This document shows, one piece after another, positions 36,833 through 46,695 of a DNA stretch of 64,000 nucleotides. The DNA lies in the NCBI GenBank assembly GCA_965248435.1, contig OZ252100.1:3040001-3104000 (forward strand), written 5' to 3'. Under the pieces are notes generated by a model. That model was not told the DNA's origin. It did not search any database and saw only the letters and a program-made list of their open reading frames with translations. The translations under genes were made by a program, and so were the position numbers. The stretch comes from Candidatus Latescibacterota bacterium. GTDB taxonomy: Bacteria > Latescibacterota > UBA2968 > GCA-2709665. Within the stretch, counting starts at the first letter, position 1. The number at the start of each line of letters is the position of its first letter.

Positions 36833-36870
36833 GAAGAAAGGCAAGGTGATCTCCCACCTTGCCTTTCTTT
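36833..36870. terminator. Bidirectional terminator-like hairpin
   Basis: aagaaaggcaaggtg-atctcc-caccttgcctttctt. Confidence 0.75.
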
Positions 36871-36886
36871 CTGAGACTTCCGGCCA

Positions 36887-36902
36887 CGTTTCACGTGGAA
36901 CG
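36887..36902. promoter_or_regulatory. parS: parS site
   Basis: CGTTTCACGTGGAACG matches the TGTTNCACGTGAAACA consensus; origin-proximal. Confidence 0.85.
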
Positions 36903-36916
36903 TCAGTTCCGATCAC

Positions 36917-37597
36917 CTACCCTCTCATACGATCGCCGCCAACCTTCAGAAAGACGAGGGCCCGTCCCGCTTCAGCTCCCGGGATCTCCAGGACTTCCTC
37001 CCTGCCGTTAACCTCCTCGGGCAGGGATTCGCCGACCTCGGCGAACTCGCCCGGCCCCTTGAAGGCGATCAGCTCTCCCCCGGGCTCCAAAAAGGGAACT
37101 GCGAGCTGCCAGAGCAGGGGAAACGCCGCCACGGCCCTGGCCGTAACAACGCGGAACCGGGTGCGGTAATTGCGTTCCAGACTGGCCTGTTCCGCCCTTG
37201 CACGGATAACTTCCAGGCCAGAAAGGCCCAGAACTTCTCTGATGTGGGCCAGAAAGAGCGTTCTTGTCCGCTTGGACTCCAGGAGAGAGACGTGAACTTC
37301 TGGTCTGACGATCTTGACAGGGATGCCCGGAAGCCCTGCCCCGCTTCCAAGATCCAGCAGGTCAAACGGACCCTCGGGAAGGAAGGGAACGAGGGCGAGA
37401 CATTCCAGGAAATGACGTTCTGCAAGGACGCCAAGGTCGTTGCGTGAGACGAGACTGCCCCGGGCCGACCAGGCTTTGATTCCCTCCCCGTAGGTCTCAA
37501 ACTGCTCCAACGCCTCCGATGACAGCCTGACTCCGAGATTCTCCGAGGCCTTTCGAAAGGGTTCTCCACAAACGAGGTTTTTTGTCCCCTGTTCCAC
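36917..37597 (-). CDS. rsmG: 16S rRNA m7G527 methyltransferase
   Basis: RHFLECL, DLGSGAGLPGIP, RAE, TARAVA, FKG. Confidence 0.95.
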   Translation of the reverse strand: MEQGTKNLVCGEPFRKASENLGVRLSSEALEQFETYGEGIKAWSARGSLVSRNDLGVLAERHFLECLALVPFLPEGPFDLLDLGSGAGLPGIPVKIVRPEVHVSLLESKRTRTLFLAHIREVLGLSGLEVIRARAEQASLERNYRTRFRVVTARAVAAFPLLWQLAVPFLEPGGELIAFKGPGEFAEVGESLPEEVNGREEVLEIPGAEAGRALVFLKVGGDRMRG

Positions 37598-37605
37598 GTG
37601 GAACG
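37590..37605. promoter_or_regulatory. parS: parS site
   Basis: TGTTCCACGTGGAACG between the mnmE stop and the rsmG start. Confidence 0.85.
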
Positions 37606-38961
37606 TTACTTTCCGATGCAGAAGGAGTCGAATATTCGGTCCAGCACATCCTCAGGGGTCGTTTCTCCAACGATCTCTCCCAGGGCCTCAAGGGCCGACC
37701 TGATCTCAAAGGCAACCAACTCCCCGGGCAGGCGCTCTCCGAGTGCGCATTCGGCCCTGTGGAGGGCCTCCCTGGTGACCCTGAGGGCCTCGACGTGGCG
37801 TTCGTGGGTGACGACCTCCCCACTGCACGGGGATTCGCCCAGCGTTTCGTTTCGGATCACTTCCTTCAGGGCGTCCATTCCCTCTCCAGTGAGGGCTGAG
37901 GTGCCAACGGACGTCCAACCGTTGGCAAGTTCGTCCCAACCCAGATGCGTGCCCAGATCAAGCTTGTTCACAACCAGGACGGCCCCGCCACGGATCTCTC
38001 CCAGCAGCCTCGCGTCCTCTTCATCTGGACAGACAGCGCCGTCCACGACCACCAGGACCAACTCCGCCTGATCGATCGACAGACGCGACCTGCGGGTTCC
38101 CTCCCGTTCAACTGGATCCGTGGCAGGCCGAATGCCGGCCGTATCCACCAACGTGAGGGGCAGCCCATCCAGGCTCAGGCTCTCCTCGATCGTATCCCGC
38201 GTCGTTCCCGGAATCTCGGTCACGATGGCTCGATCCTGCTCCAGGAGCCGGTTCATCAGGCTCGACTTACCCACGTTCGGCCTCCCTGCCAGCGCGATGC
38301 GAAGCCCTTCCCTCACCACCTTCCCCTGGCGATAGGAAGAAATCAGGCCGTCAACTTCCTCGCGTACGCAGGAAACCTCCCGAAGCACCGACTGAAGGTC
38401 GATGGCCACGTCTTCCGAAAAGTCAAGCCCGGCCTCGAGGAAGGTCATCGCCTGGCGCAGGTCCTCGGCCATACACTCGAATCGCCGCCTCAGTCCGCCC
38501 CGTAGTTGGAAAAAGGCCGACTGGAGGCCAAGATCGCCCCGAGCGGAGATTAAATCCGCCACGGCCTCCGCCTGTGTCAGATCGATCCGGTCGTTCATGT
38601 AGGCCCGCCGGGTGAACTCACCCCTCCCTGCGCGCCTCGCCCCGGCAGACACAAAGGCCCCCACAGCCCGACGAAGCAGCAGGGGACCCCCGTGACAGTT
38701 AAACTCGACCAGATCTTCACCCGTATAGCTTCGGGGCGACCTCATCACCGAAACGAGCACCTCGTCCACGTCCTTCCCCCCAAAGTTCAGCCATCCCTGC
38801 ACGATCCGCCTGTCACCCGTCTGCTTCAGTGGATGTTTTCCACGGAAGCAGCGGTCCCCAATCTGGATCGCTTCGGCCCCACTCAGGCGCACGATCCCGA
38901 TGGCCCCCTCCCCAGGCCCGGTAGCAACGGCAACGATCGTATCTTTGTCAGAGTCTCTCAC
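37606..38961 (-). CDS. mnmE: tRNA modification GTPase
   Basis: DTIVAVAT, GRPNVGKSS, GTTRD, DTAG, NKLD, terminal FCIGK; start moved to GTG 38961. Confidence 0.97.
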   Translation of the reverse strand: MRDSDKDTIVAVATGPGEGAIGIVRLSGAEAIQIGDRCFRGKHPLKQTGDRRIVQGWLNFGGKDVDEVLVSVMRSPRSYTGEDLVEFNCHGGPLLLRRAVGAFVSAGARRAGRGEFTRRAYMNDRIDLTQAEAVADLISARGDLGLQSAFFQLRGGLRRRFECMAEDLRQAMTFLEAGLDFSEDVAIDLQSVLREVSCVREEVDGLISSYRQGKVVREGLRIALAGRPNVGKSSLMNRLLEQDRAIVTEIPGTTRDTIEESLSLDGLPLTLVDTAGIRPATDPVEREGTRRSRLSIDQAELVLVVVDGAVCPDEEDARLLGEIRGGAVLVVNKLDLGTHLGWDELANGWTSVGTSALTGEGMDALKEVIRNETLGESPCSGEVVTHERHVEALRVTREALHRAECALGERLPGELVAFEIRSALEALGEIVGETTPEDVLDRIFDSFCIGK

Positions 38962-38974
38962 AACCCAATCGCTC

Positions 38975-40711
38975 TCACTTTGTCCCGAGCATTGTCTTAG
39001 TCCGCTCCATAACGCGCTGCTGCAGCAGGGTGAGGAGGTTGAACATCGTAAAATAGAGCACAAGACCGGAAGACATACTCCAGAAGATCCAGATCATGAA
39101 GACGGGCATGATGTAGACAAACATCGCCTGCTTCGGGTCCTTCATGGTCATTTTTGACTGGAAGAACATGGAAACGGCCATGGCCAGCGGCAAAACGTGG
39201 AGATCAAACCCGCCAAGGGAAAGGGGAAGGGAAAGGCTGTCCGGCTTTGACAGATCCACGATCCAGAACATGAACTCGGACTGTCTAAGCTCGATCGCCC
39301 CCCGGAAGACGTTGAATAGTGAAAAAAGGACAGGCATCTGAAGGAACATCGGGAGACAGCCTCCCAACGGGTTGATCTTCTCCTCCTTGTAGAGCTTCAT
39401 CATCTCCTGGCTGACCTTCTGCTGATCGTCCGGGTACTTTTCTCTAAGGGCAGTGATCTTGGGCTGGAGCTGCTGCATCTTTGCGGCCGCCTCGAGGCTC
39501 TTATGAGTCAGCGGGAAAACGACGATCTTGACCAGGATGGAGAAGATGATGATTACAAGGCCGTAGTTCGGCACGACTTCGTGAAGCGCGAGAAAGGACT
39601 TGAGGATAACGATGGTGAAGGGCTTCATGATCGGGTGGAGGATGGACCGAAGGAAGGGCGCATACTCTATGAATTCGTCGAGCTGCAGCTCCCTCTCGTT
39701 CCCGTAGAGGTCCACGTTCTGCCTCCGAAGAAGGTCGTATGATATCGGTCCGATATAGATCCCGTAGTCAAGCTGGCCCCCATCGGCCGAAGAAACCAAC
39801 TCGGCCCTGTAATCGGGAAGCGCGGAGTCACTCTCCTTCCAGCCCCCCAGGTCTACGTCGTATCGCCCCTCGGGCGGAATGAGCGCGGCCATAAAGTACT
39901 TGTTGCGCACGGCCACCCAGGAAACCTGGCCGCTTGGCCGGGTCTCTTCTTCTTCGAGCCTGTCCAGGGTCCAGGTCTCGACCTCCTCGCCCGCCCGTGT
40001 CACGATCTGATCGTAAGACATGCTGTAGAAACCGCTCGATTCCTCGGCAGACCCCTCGGTGTCCGCCAGGCCGCCAGACCAGCCCAGTCCCACCTTACTC
40101 CCCCTGGGAAACCCTGGTGTCGCCACGGTCACATCCATACGATATCGATTGCCCTGAAAACGGAACCGTTTCTCGATGAGGGCACCCTCCACGGTTGCCC
40201 GAAAGGTCAACCCGGCCTGCTCTGACCCATGGAGCATAAGAGACTCGATGTCCGCAACGAAATCGACAGACTCTGGGGGCAGGTCGGAGGTTGACAGTCC
40301 CAGTCCTGAGTTCCCCGCTTTGATAAGCTCCTGGGGATACCCGTCGTGATCGAGGTATGCCTTCAACCTCCAACTGACGATTCGAGCCCCGTGCGTCGTA
40401 AACTTGGCCGAATAGAGATCGGTCTCGACCGTGACGTGCCGCTCCGGTTTGCGAGCGGCCCTTGCCTCCACCGGTCGCTCAGCCCCTTTCTGACTGGCGG
40501 TCTCTACGGGATCGTCAGTCGGTCCCGGTGGAGCTTCAAGCTTAGAAACAGGGGGTGAAACAGGGACCGTCCCCCTAAACTCTTCGTATGACTGCCTTTC
40601 CTCCACAGGAACTCGGTGTTCAGGATCCCCCTGCAGCCACCTGAGGTAGGGGCCCATGGCGAGGATGATCAAGATAATCAGGGCAAATGCAAGGATGGTT
40701 CGGCTGTCCAT
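38975..40711 (-). CDS. yidC: Membrane protein insertase
   Basis: NYGLVII, LQPKI, NPLGGCLP..QMP, ELRQ, W..DLSKPD. Confidence 0.97.
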   Translation of the reverse strand: MDSRTILAFALIILIILAMGPYLRWLQGDPEHRVPVEERQSYEEFRGTVPVSPPVSKLEAPPGPTDDPVETASQKGAERPVEARAARKPERHVTVETDLYSAKFTTHGARIVSWRLKAYLDHDGYPQELIKAGNSGLGLSTSDLPPESVDFVADIESLMLHGSEQAGLTFRATVEGALIEKRFRFQGNRYRMDVTVATPGFPRGSKVGLGWSGGLADTEGSAEESSGFYSMSYDQIVTRAGEEVETWTLDRLEEEETRPSGQVSWVAVRNKYFMAALIPPEGRYDVDLGGWKESDSALPDYRAELVSSADGGQLDYGIYIGPISYDLLRRQNVDLYGNERELQLDEFIEYAPFLRSILHPIMKPFTIVILKSFLALHEVVPNYGLVIIIFSILVKIVVFPLTHKSLEAAAKMQQLQPKITALREKYPDDQQKVSQEMMKLYKEEKINPLGGCLPMFLQMPVLFSLFNVFRGAIELRQSEFMFWIVDLSKPDSLSLPLSLGGFDLHVLPLAMAVSMFFQSKMTMKDPKQAMFVYIMPVFMIWIFWSMSSGLVLYFTMFNLLTLLQQRVMERTKTMLGTK

Positions 40712-40737
40712 TCAGATTGCTTTCCTAAAAGCGATCT

Positions 40738-40947
40738 CTAGGGTATGGGGTCGTAGCCGGAGCTTCCCCAGGGATGACACCGGGTGATTCGACGGAGCAG
40801 GAAGAAGCCGCCTCGAAGCAGTCCGTGTCGTTCAAGTGCCTGGATGGCGTAGCTCGAGCACGTGGGTTGGAATCGGCAACGTGGGAGGGTGAAGGGTGAG
40901 ACGAGGACGATGTAGGTGCGGATGAACCAGATCGCGATCTGGTTCAC
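40738..40947 (-). CDS. yidD: Membrane protein insertion efficiency factor
   Basis: CRFQPTCSSY, RCHPW..GYDP. Confidence 0.95.
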   Translation of the reverse strand: MNQIAIWFIRTYIVLVSPFTLPRCRFQPTCSSYAIQALERHGLLRGGFFLLRRITRCHPWGSSGYDPIP

Positions 40948-41273
40948 CGGTCGAGGAGACTCAGCTCGGCGAGGGCCGTGAAGAGGTCGGATCGAAGCTG
41001 ACGATACAACACTCCACGAGCTTCGTCCCGTAGAGAGATCATGAGAAGGTGGCCTTGTGGGCTGTCTATGCCGAATTCCCGACAGATTGACCTGAGACGG
41101 CGGCGGGCGAGGTTTCTCCTCACTGCACCGCCATATTTTTTTCTGACTGAAATGAGCGTCCGGCCCGGGTCAGATCTCCCGACGCGAACCTGCAGCCACT
41201 GCCCTCGATACGAGCGCCCGCCCCTCACCACGCGACGGATCTGACTTCTGAGCCTCTGGTTAGGCCTGCCCAT
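40944..41273 (-). CDS. rnpA: RNase P protein
   Basis: ISVRKKYGGAVRRNLARRRLR; synteny. Confidence 0.9.
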   Translation of the reverse strand: MGRPNQRLRSQIRRVVRGGRSYRGQWLQVRVGRSDPGRTLISVRKKYGGAVRRNLARRRLRSICREFGIDSPQGHLLMISLRDEARGVLYRQLRSDLFTALAELSLLDR

Positions 41274-41279
41274 GGGCGG

Positions 41280-41414
41280 TCAAACGGAAACTCGTTTCCG
41301 CCCCTTTCGACGACGGCGCGCGAGGACTCTGCGTCCACCTGGACTGCTCATTCGTTCTCGGAAGCCGTGTTTGTTCTTCCGCTTTCGATTGCTTGGCTGG
41401 AATGTGCGCTTCAC
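41280..41414 (-). CDS. rpmH: 50S ribosomal protein L34
   Basis: [37 protein letters not shown] start. Confidence 0.97.
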   Translation of the reverse strand: MKRTFQPSNRKRKNKHGFRERMSSPGGRRVLARRRRKGRKRVSV

Positions 41415-41640
41415 GTAAAGCCCTCGTTCTGAGTTGTAAGTCCAAAACGCCAACTCAACTCCGGATTGAATTAAGAAGACGGTCTCAGGTTTGTCAAGGT
41501 CTTTTGGAGATCCCGTATGGGATAACGATGGGTCACACAAGATGTAGTAGTGATTTTTTGTGGCCTCACCATCTTGCGATATATCATCTAACTGTATGTT
41601 GCACAATTTGTTGCAAAAATGCACACCGCTCAGAAACGGC

Positions 41641-41669
41641 TTGACATTCTTCATTCCATTCGTTAGCAT
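41641..41669 (+). promoter_or_regulatory. sigma70-like dnaA promoter
   Basis: TTGACA-N17-TAGCAT; divergent TTGACA for rpmH at 41497-41492. Confidence 0.65.
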
Positions 41670-41988
41670 AGTCGCGTCGAGTCCCTCTCCGGCTACAACG
41701 CTCTCCTGTTAAGTTTGTTTCCCCATTCCCTTGGTTGCTCGTCCTGATTTCCTCCTTTAAAACGGACAGGATCCACTATTCGTTTTTGGGGTGAAGGTCC
41801 CCCGGGTTGTTCGACGAAGTCCTTTTCCTCCCGTTGAAGACCCATCCGTTTGCCCCTGGTGGATACCTCTACCCATCGTCCGTTGTCCCCGAGGGAACAG
41901 GACAGATTGTTCCTGGCTGTACTTTCCAGAATCCCTTCCTAATTAGAGCCGAGCTGGCTGTCGATCAGCAGGATGCGGATCGGTTTGC

Positions 41989-43365
41989 ATGCGAAATAAT
42001 CCAACCGAGCTTTGGGCCAGGTGTCTCCAGGCTATCGAGGAGAAGGTCCAGCCTCAGAGCTTCCACACCTGGTTTGGGCCTACTGTCTCAAGGGTTCTCG
42101 ATCCGGACAGGGTCGTGGTCGAGGTCCCGAATGCCTTCTTCGCTGAATGGCTGGAGGAACACTACGCCAGTCTGATTCTGGACACGATACAGGTGGAGAC
42201 GTCGTGGAAACCGACCCTTGAGTTTGTCGTTCGAGGGGGCGGTAACGATTGCACCGGCCCTGTGGACTTCACGCCCTCCCGTGCCAACGCCTCATCCTGT
42301 CCGGCGATCGAGGGAGGCTGGGACGTCCTGCCTGTCCAGCTGAATCGGCGTTTCCGATTCGACCGATTCGTCGTGGGCGAAGGTAACAAGCTTTCGTATA
42401 CCGCCGCGAAGGCCGTTGCTCGGGCTCCGGGAAAGACGCCGTTCAACCCGCTCTTCCTCTATGGTGGTGTGGGACTGGGTAAGACACACCTGCTTCAGGC
42501 TATCGGCGAATTCTGCCTTCGCGAGCAGACCGCATCAAACGTGGTGTATGTAACTGCTGACCGGTTTATCTCTGAATATATTTCTTCTATTCGAAAAAGA
42601 GACACGACCGCTTTCGTTAGGCGCTATCGCTCTGCTGACGTTCTGCTTGTGGATGACATCCAATTCTTCTTTCGAACCCAGGGCTCGCAGCGAGAGTTCC
42701 TTCATACCTTTAATGCCCTCTATCAGAACGAAAAGCAGATCGTACTCAGCTCCGACTGTGAGCCCGGCTCGCTGAAAGGATTTACTGACAGCCTCGTTTC
42801 CAGGTTCCAGTCCGGTCTCGTTAGCCATGTGGAAGGACCGGACATAGACACTCGTGTTGCGATCCTCCTGGAAAAAGCAACTGAACGAGAACAGGAACTC
42901 CCGCACGAAGTGGCACATTTTCTGGCCAAACACGTTGAAACCAACATCCGGAAACTGGAAGGAGAGCTCACCCGGCTCATCGCAGTGTCTGAACTTAAGG
43001 CGCTTCGCCTTTCAGTGGACCTTGCTCGAGAAACGTTGATGGGTAAGGTCGCCCGGTCGCCCGGGACCGTCGGCCTTGAACAAATTCAAGATGCCGCTTC
43101 AAAATTTTTCAACGTTTCGGTCGATCTCCTTGCGAGTCGTACACGGAAGCAGGAGGTAATGACCGCGAGACACGTCTGCATGTATCTATGTAAGTCGATT
43201 ACTGGCGCCCCACTTAAGGCCATTGGAAATCAGTTTGGCAACCGGGATCACTCCACCGTGTTTCACGCGTGCCGCACCGTTGAGAAAAGGTTGGCCCACG
43301 ATCCGGCGTTCGAAGACCTGATTCATCAACTCGAGGCGCGCATAATGAGTTCACGGGTCGCTTGA
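41989..43365 (+). CDS. dnaA: Replication initiator
   Basis: FNPLFLYGGVGLGKTHL, DDIQF, SRF, RDHSTV. Confidence 0.98.
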   Translation: MRNNPTELWARCLQAIEEKVQPQSFHTWFGPTVSRVLDPDRVVVEVPNAFFAEWLEEHYASLILDTIQVETSWKPTLEFVVRGGGNDCTGPVDFTPSRANASSCPAIEGGWDVLPVQLNRRFRFDRFVVGEGNKLSYTAAKAVARAPGKTPFNPLFLYGGVGLGKTHLLQAIGEFCLREQTASNVVYVTADRFISEYISSIRKRDTTAFVRRYRSADVLLVDDIQFFFRTQGSQREFLHTFNALYQNEKQIVLSSDCEPGSLKGFTDSLVSRFQSGLVSHVEGPDIDTRVAILLEKATEREQELPHEVAHFLAKHVETNIRKLEGELTRLIAVSELKALRLSVDLARETLMGKVARSPGTVGLEQIQDAASKFFNVSVDLLASRTRKQEVMTARHVCMYLCKSITGAPLKAIGNQFGNRDHSTVFHACRTVEKRLAHDPAFEDLIHQLEARIMSSRVA

Positions 43366-43900
43366 TCTTTTTGTTTGAGTTTTTACCCAAAGACGATTGA
43401 TGGAATCATCATTTCTATGGGAGCGTGGTTTTGTTATTGAATTAGAATTCATGAAAGATTTAAAGATTAGAAAATACAACAACAGTGCGTGTGGAATGTG
43501 GATGTGACAGATCGTCGGCGACCAAGATGTTGATGAATGTAGATGTTAGTCTAACCGTTTGAGTGTGAAGAAATCGAATCGTATGTGTGGATAAACCATG
43601 GAGTTTGAACACTTACTAAAAAAGCAAGATCGTGAGAATTTCGTTTCCACAGACTTTACGTGGATAACTAACGAGTTTGAACAGGGACTGGGTAAAAACT
43701 CGACGGAAAGGGGGGTTGTCGTTTGAGTCGAGAGGCATATTCTTCGAGAGGGTTTGCGTCCACAAAGTTGTGGAAATGGGGGGTTCCGAGGGGGTTCGAA
43801 AATGGCCCCGAAGAACACAATTTCGGGATCTGAAAGTTGACCCCAAAACAGAGCGAGTTTAGATAGCTCCGGGGCCCTGAATTCGGCCCGAATTCGGGTG
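43366..43900. other. oriC: oriC
   Basis: AT-rich tract 43366-43490, GAT-like triplets 43526-43549, perfect DnaA box TGTGGATAA 43586-43594, near-consensus boxes 43643, 43659, 43756, 43769. Confidence 0.85.
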
Positions 43901-43909
43901 GAAAAACCA

Positions 43910-43938
43910 TTGACAAATCCGAGAAAAATCAGTAAATT
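43910..43938 (+). promoter_or_regulatory. sigma70-like dnaN promoter
   Basis: TTGACA-N17-TAAATT. Confidence 0.65.
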
Positions 43939-44062
43939 AGGTAAACTATATACGGCTTGAAAACGGACCCGTTTTGGGCCGATAAATCCTGTTTTTTTGG
44001 AGTCGGTTTTCGAGACCATTTTGGGGAGATCGGGCAGGAATCGTGAAGGGGGACAGACGGAC

Positions 44063-45235
44063 ATGAAAGTCGTGATCGAAAGAGAGGAATTACTTCGAGG
44101 AATCGGGTCGGTGCTTGATGTGGTGCCGTCAAAAACCGCCCTTCCTGTACTCTCGAATATCCTGATCGAGGCGGAGGATGGTGGGGGATTGCGACTCAGC
44201 GCCACTGACCTGGACGTCTCGATCAAGTGCACCTTGTCCGCTACTGTGGATGTTTCCGGGAGGACGACGGTCCCGGCTCGGAAGTTCTCTGAGATCGTCC
44301 GGGAGTTGCCGGATGAAGAGGTGTCCCTCATTGGAGAGGATGGAAAGGTGACGCTTCGGAGGAAGGGTGGCGAGGGGACCTATTCTCTGGCCTGCCTGCC
44401 TGCCGAAGACTTTCCGGAACTTCCGAAAGAGATTGAAGGGGCGAAGCTGACCCCGGAAGACTGGTTGGGAACTCCGGACAATGGACACATCCTAAAAGAC
44501 ATGATCTTCAAGACCGTGTTTGCCGTCTCGCGAGACGAGACGCGGCCAGTCCTCAACGGGGTATTGTGGCAGGTGAAAGGGGATCGTATGACCATGGTGG
44601 CCACGGACGGTCACCGGCTCATCAAGCACACGAAGTCGCTCGCGCAGCCTCCGGGTGGGGAGGCCAGCGAGGAGGCGATTGTCCCTCCACGGGCCTTGAA
44701 CCACCTCGTGAAGCTGATGTCGGCGGGAAGCAAGCTGGACCTGATTCAATTCGGGCAGAACCACCTTATGTTCCACCTCTGCGGACCTGCTGAAGGCGGA
44801 GAGACCCACCTGTTTACGCGGCTTATCGAGGGTCCGTTCGTTGACTACGAGCAAGTGATCCCTCGTGACAACCCGATGCTCCTCAAGGTTTCGGGCGGGC
44901 AACTTTCTCCTGCGGTGAGACGTGTCTCGGTGCTGTCCAGTGCGCAAACTCACCAAGTCAGGCTCAAGCTCGTCGACAACCAGGTGGAGCTTTCTGCAGA
45001 CAGTCAGGAAGTCGGGGGCGAAGCGCAGGAAAGGCTAGAGGCCAACTACAGCGGCGATGAAATGACCATAGGGTATAACGCCAGCTACCTTTTGGATATC
45101 CTGAGACGAATCGACTCCGAGGAAGTTTTATTCGAGCTGGAAAGTGCGGTGACGGCGGGCATCATCAGGCCTGCGGAGCAACCCGAGGGAGAAGACTACC
45201 TCTGTTTGATCATGCCGTTACGACTTAACGACTGA
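44063..45235 (+). CDS. dnaN: DNA polymerase III beta clamp
   Basis: PVLSNILI, ATDLD, RPVLNG, VATDGHRL, LIMPLR. Confidence 0.97.
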   Translation: MKVVIEREELLRGIGSVLDVVPSKTALPVLSNILIEAEDGGGLRLSATDLDVSIKCTLSATVDVSGRTTVPARKFSEIVRELPDEEVSLIGEDGKVTLRRKGGEGTYSLACLPAEDFPELPKEIEGAKLTPEDWLGTPDNGHILKDMIFKTVFAVSRDETRPVLNGVLWQVKGDRMTMVATDGHRLIKHTKSLAQPPGGEASEEAIVPPRALNHLVKLMSAGSKLDLIQFGQNHLMFHLCGPAEGGETHLFTRLIEGPFVDYEQVIPRDNPMLLKVSGGQLSPAVRRVSVLSSAQTHQVRLKLVDNQVELSADSQEVGGEAQERLEANYSGDEMTIGYNASYLLDILRRIDSEEVLFELESAVTAGIIRPAEQPEGEDYLCLIMPLRLND

Positions 45236-45249
45236 CGGGCGTAAGCTCT

Positions 45250-46332
45250 TTGCGGCTTTTGGCTCTCAAGCTGGCCAACTTCAGGAACTTTGAGCAGGCC
45301 GAGTTCGGGTTCGAGAAGCAGAAGACGATTCTTTGGGGGGAGAACGGCCGCGGGAAGTCGAACCTCCTGGAGGCAATCTTTTTTCTTGCAATCGGGAAGT
45401 CGGGCCGGGGGGCGAGAGACCGGGAGGTGCTGCGGTGGGGGGCAGGCCATTTCAGTATCGAGGGGGTTGTTGAGGCCGAGGGTGGGACGTTTCCCATTCG
45501 TCTCGCGTACGACCCCGAGGTCGGCAAAAAAGCCCGCTTACGAGAAAGGCCGATTCCCCGCCTTTCAAACTTAGTCGGTGCGTTTAACGCTGTACTCTTC
45601 TCCCCTGAAGACGTCGACCTTGTGTTGCGCGATCCCCCGCAGCGTCGCCGAATCCTTGACATTCTCGTTTCCCAATCGAGTGCCTCTTACCTTTCTGACC
45701 TTGAACGCTACCGCAGGGTGCTCTCGCAGCGCAACCGGCTGCTCAAGGAGTCTCGAGGTCAGCTGCTGTCTAATCCAGACGAAATGTCGCCCTGGAACCA
45801 ACAGCTCGCAGACCTGGGTGGACGGATCATCCGATCTCGGGTCGATGCGCTGAAGGTGTTGAATCCCTGGATTTCGGAATACTATTCAGCAATCTCAACG
45901 GGTTCTGAAGACCTAAAGGCCGAATACAAGAGCCTCGTAAATCCAAACGAAAGCGAATCTGCCCAGGGGGTTCTCGAGACCGCTCTGTCAGGGCGGCTGA
46001 AGGACGAGGTCGACCAGGGTTTCACGCTGAGTGGACCCCATCGGGACAATCTGGTTTTTCTTCTGGACGGTCGACCTGTTCACCGGTTTGGTTCTATGGG
46101 CCAGCTAAAGAGTGTGTTGCTTGCCTGGAAGCTGGCTGAGGCGAGGTTCCTGGAGTCGAAGACAGGTCAGCGTCCAGTTCTCTTGATGGATGACGTCTTT
46201 TCAGAGTTGGATCGCGGGCGGGCTACCTCTCTTATGGCGTTGCTCTCCTCTTTCGGGCAGGTCTTGTTGACGACTGCAAGAGATTCAGACCTGGACTTCG
46301 AAGCGGAGGGGTATAAGGTTGTTGCGCTTTAG
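45250..46332 (+). CDS. recF: RecF
   Basis: NFRN, GENGRGKSNLLEA, GPHRD, SMGQ, MDDVFSELD. Confidence 0.97.
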   Translation: MRLLALKLANFRNFEQAEFGFEKQKTILWGENGRGKSNLLEAIFFLAIGKSGRGARDREVLRWGAGHFSIEGVVEAEGGTFPIRLAYDPEVGKKARLRERPIPRLSNLVGAFNAVLFSPEDVDLVLRDPPQRRRILDILVSQSSASYLSDLERYRRVLSQRNRLLKESRGQLLSNPDEMSPWNQQLADLGGRIIRSRVDALKVLNPWISEYYSAISTGSEDLKAEYKSLVNPNESESAQGVLETALSGRLKDEVDQGFTLSGPHRDNLVFLLDGRPVHRFGSMGQLKSVLLAWKLAEARFLESKTGQRPVLLMDDVFSELDRGRATSLMALLSSFGQVLLTTARDSDLDFEAEGYKVVAL

Positions 46333-46663
46333 GGAAACAGTCGGGAGGTCTGGAAGTGCGAATCCTCTGCCCCTGGAGGTCGGCCTTCGGGAAGCGATCG
46401 ACGAACTTGGCGTTGAAGGAAAACTGCTGGAACAACAAGCGCTTCTGCTTTGGCCTCGAGTTGTCGCGGCGCTAGTAGGGGGGGATGCAGAGGAGGCGTC
46501 AAGGGCGGAGCAAATTTCCAATGGTGAGCTGCGTGTGTCCGTCGAACAGGCTGCGTGGCGTCACCGTCTTCACTTTGAGCGTGAACGTATCGGAAAGGAA
46601 CTCAATCGCGTTGTGGGTCGGAATGTTGTCCGGTCGATCCGGCTGACCGGGAGCTGGAAGTGA
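46319..46663 (+). CDS. DUF721/DciA-family protein (start uncertain)
   Basis: WPRVV..GELRVSV..AAWRHRL..I.KELN..G...V.SIR; position between recF and gyrB. Confidence 0.8.
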   Translation: MLRFRETVGRSGSANPLPLEVGLREAIDELGVEGKLLEQQALLLWPRVVAALVGGDAEEASRAEQISNGELRVSVEQAAWRHRLHFERERIGKELNRVVGRNVVRSIRLTGSWK

Positions 46664-46695
46664 CCGGGCTCAATCCCTAAGAGGAGTTAACCGGC

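Noticed and set aside
38962-39063. Extended N-termini of mnmE (also rpmH, dnaN, hom, mfd in the ORF track)
   Set aside because: They overlap neighbours or promoters; downstream starts fit family lengths better.
43546-44331. 261-aa minus-strand ORF across oriC/dnaN
   Set aside because: Overlaps DnaA boxes and dnaN antisense; no protein-like features.
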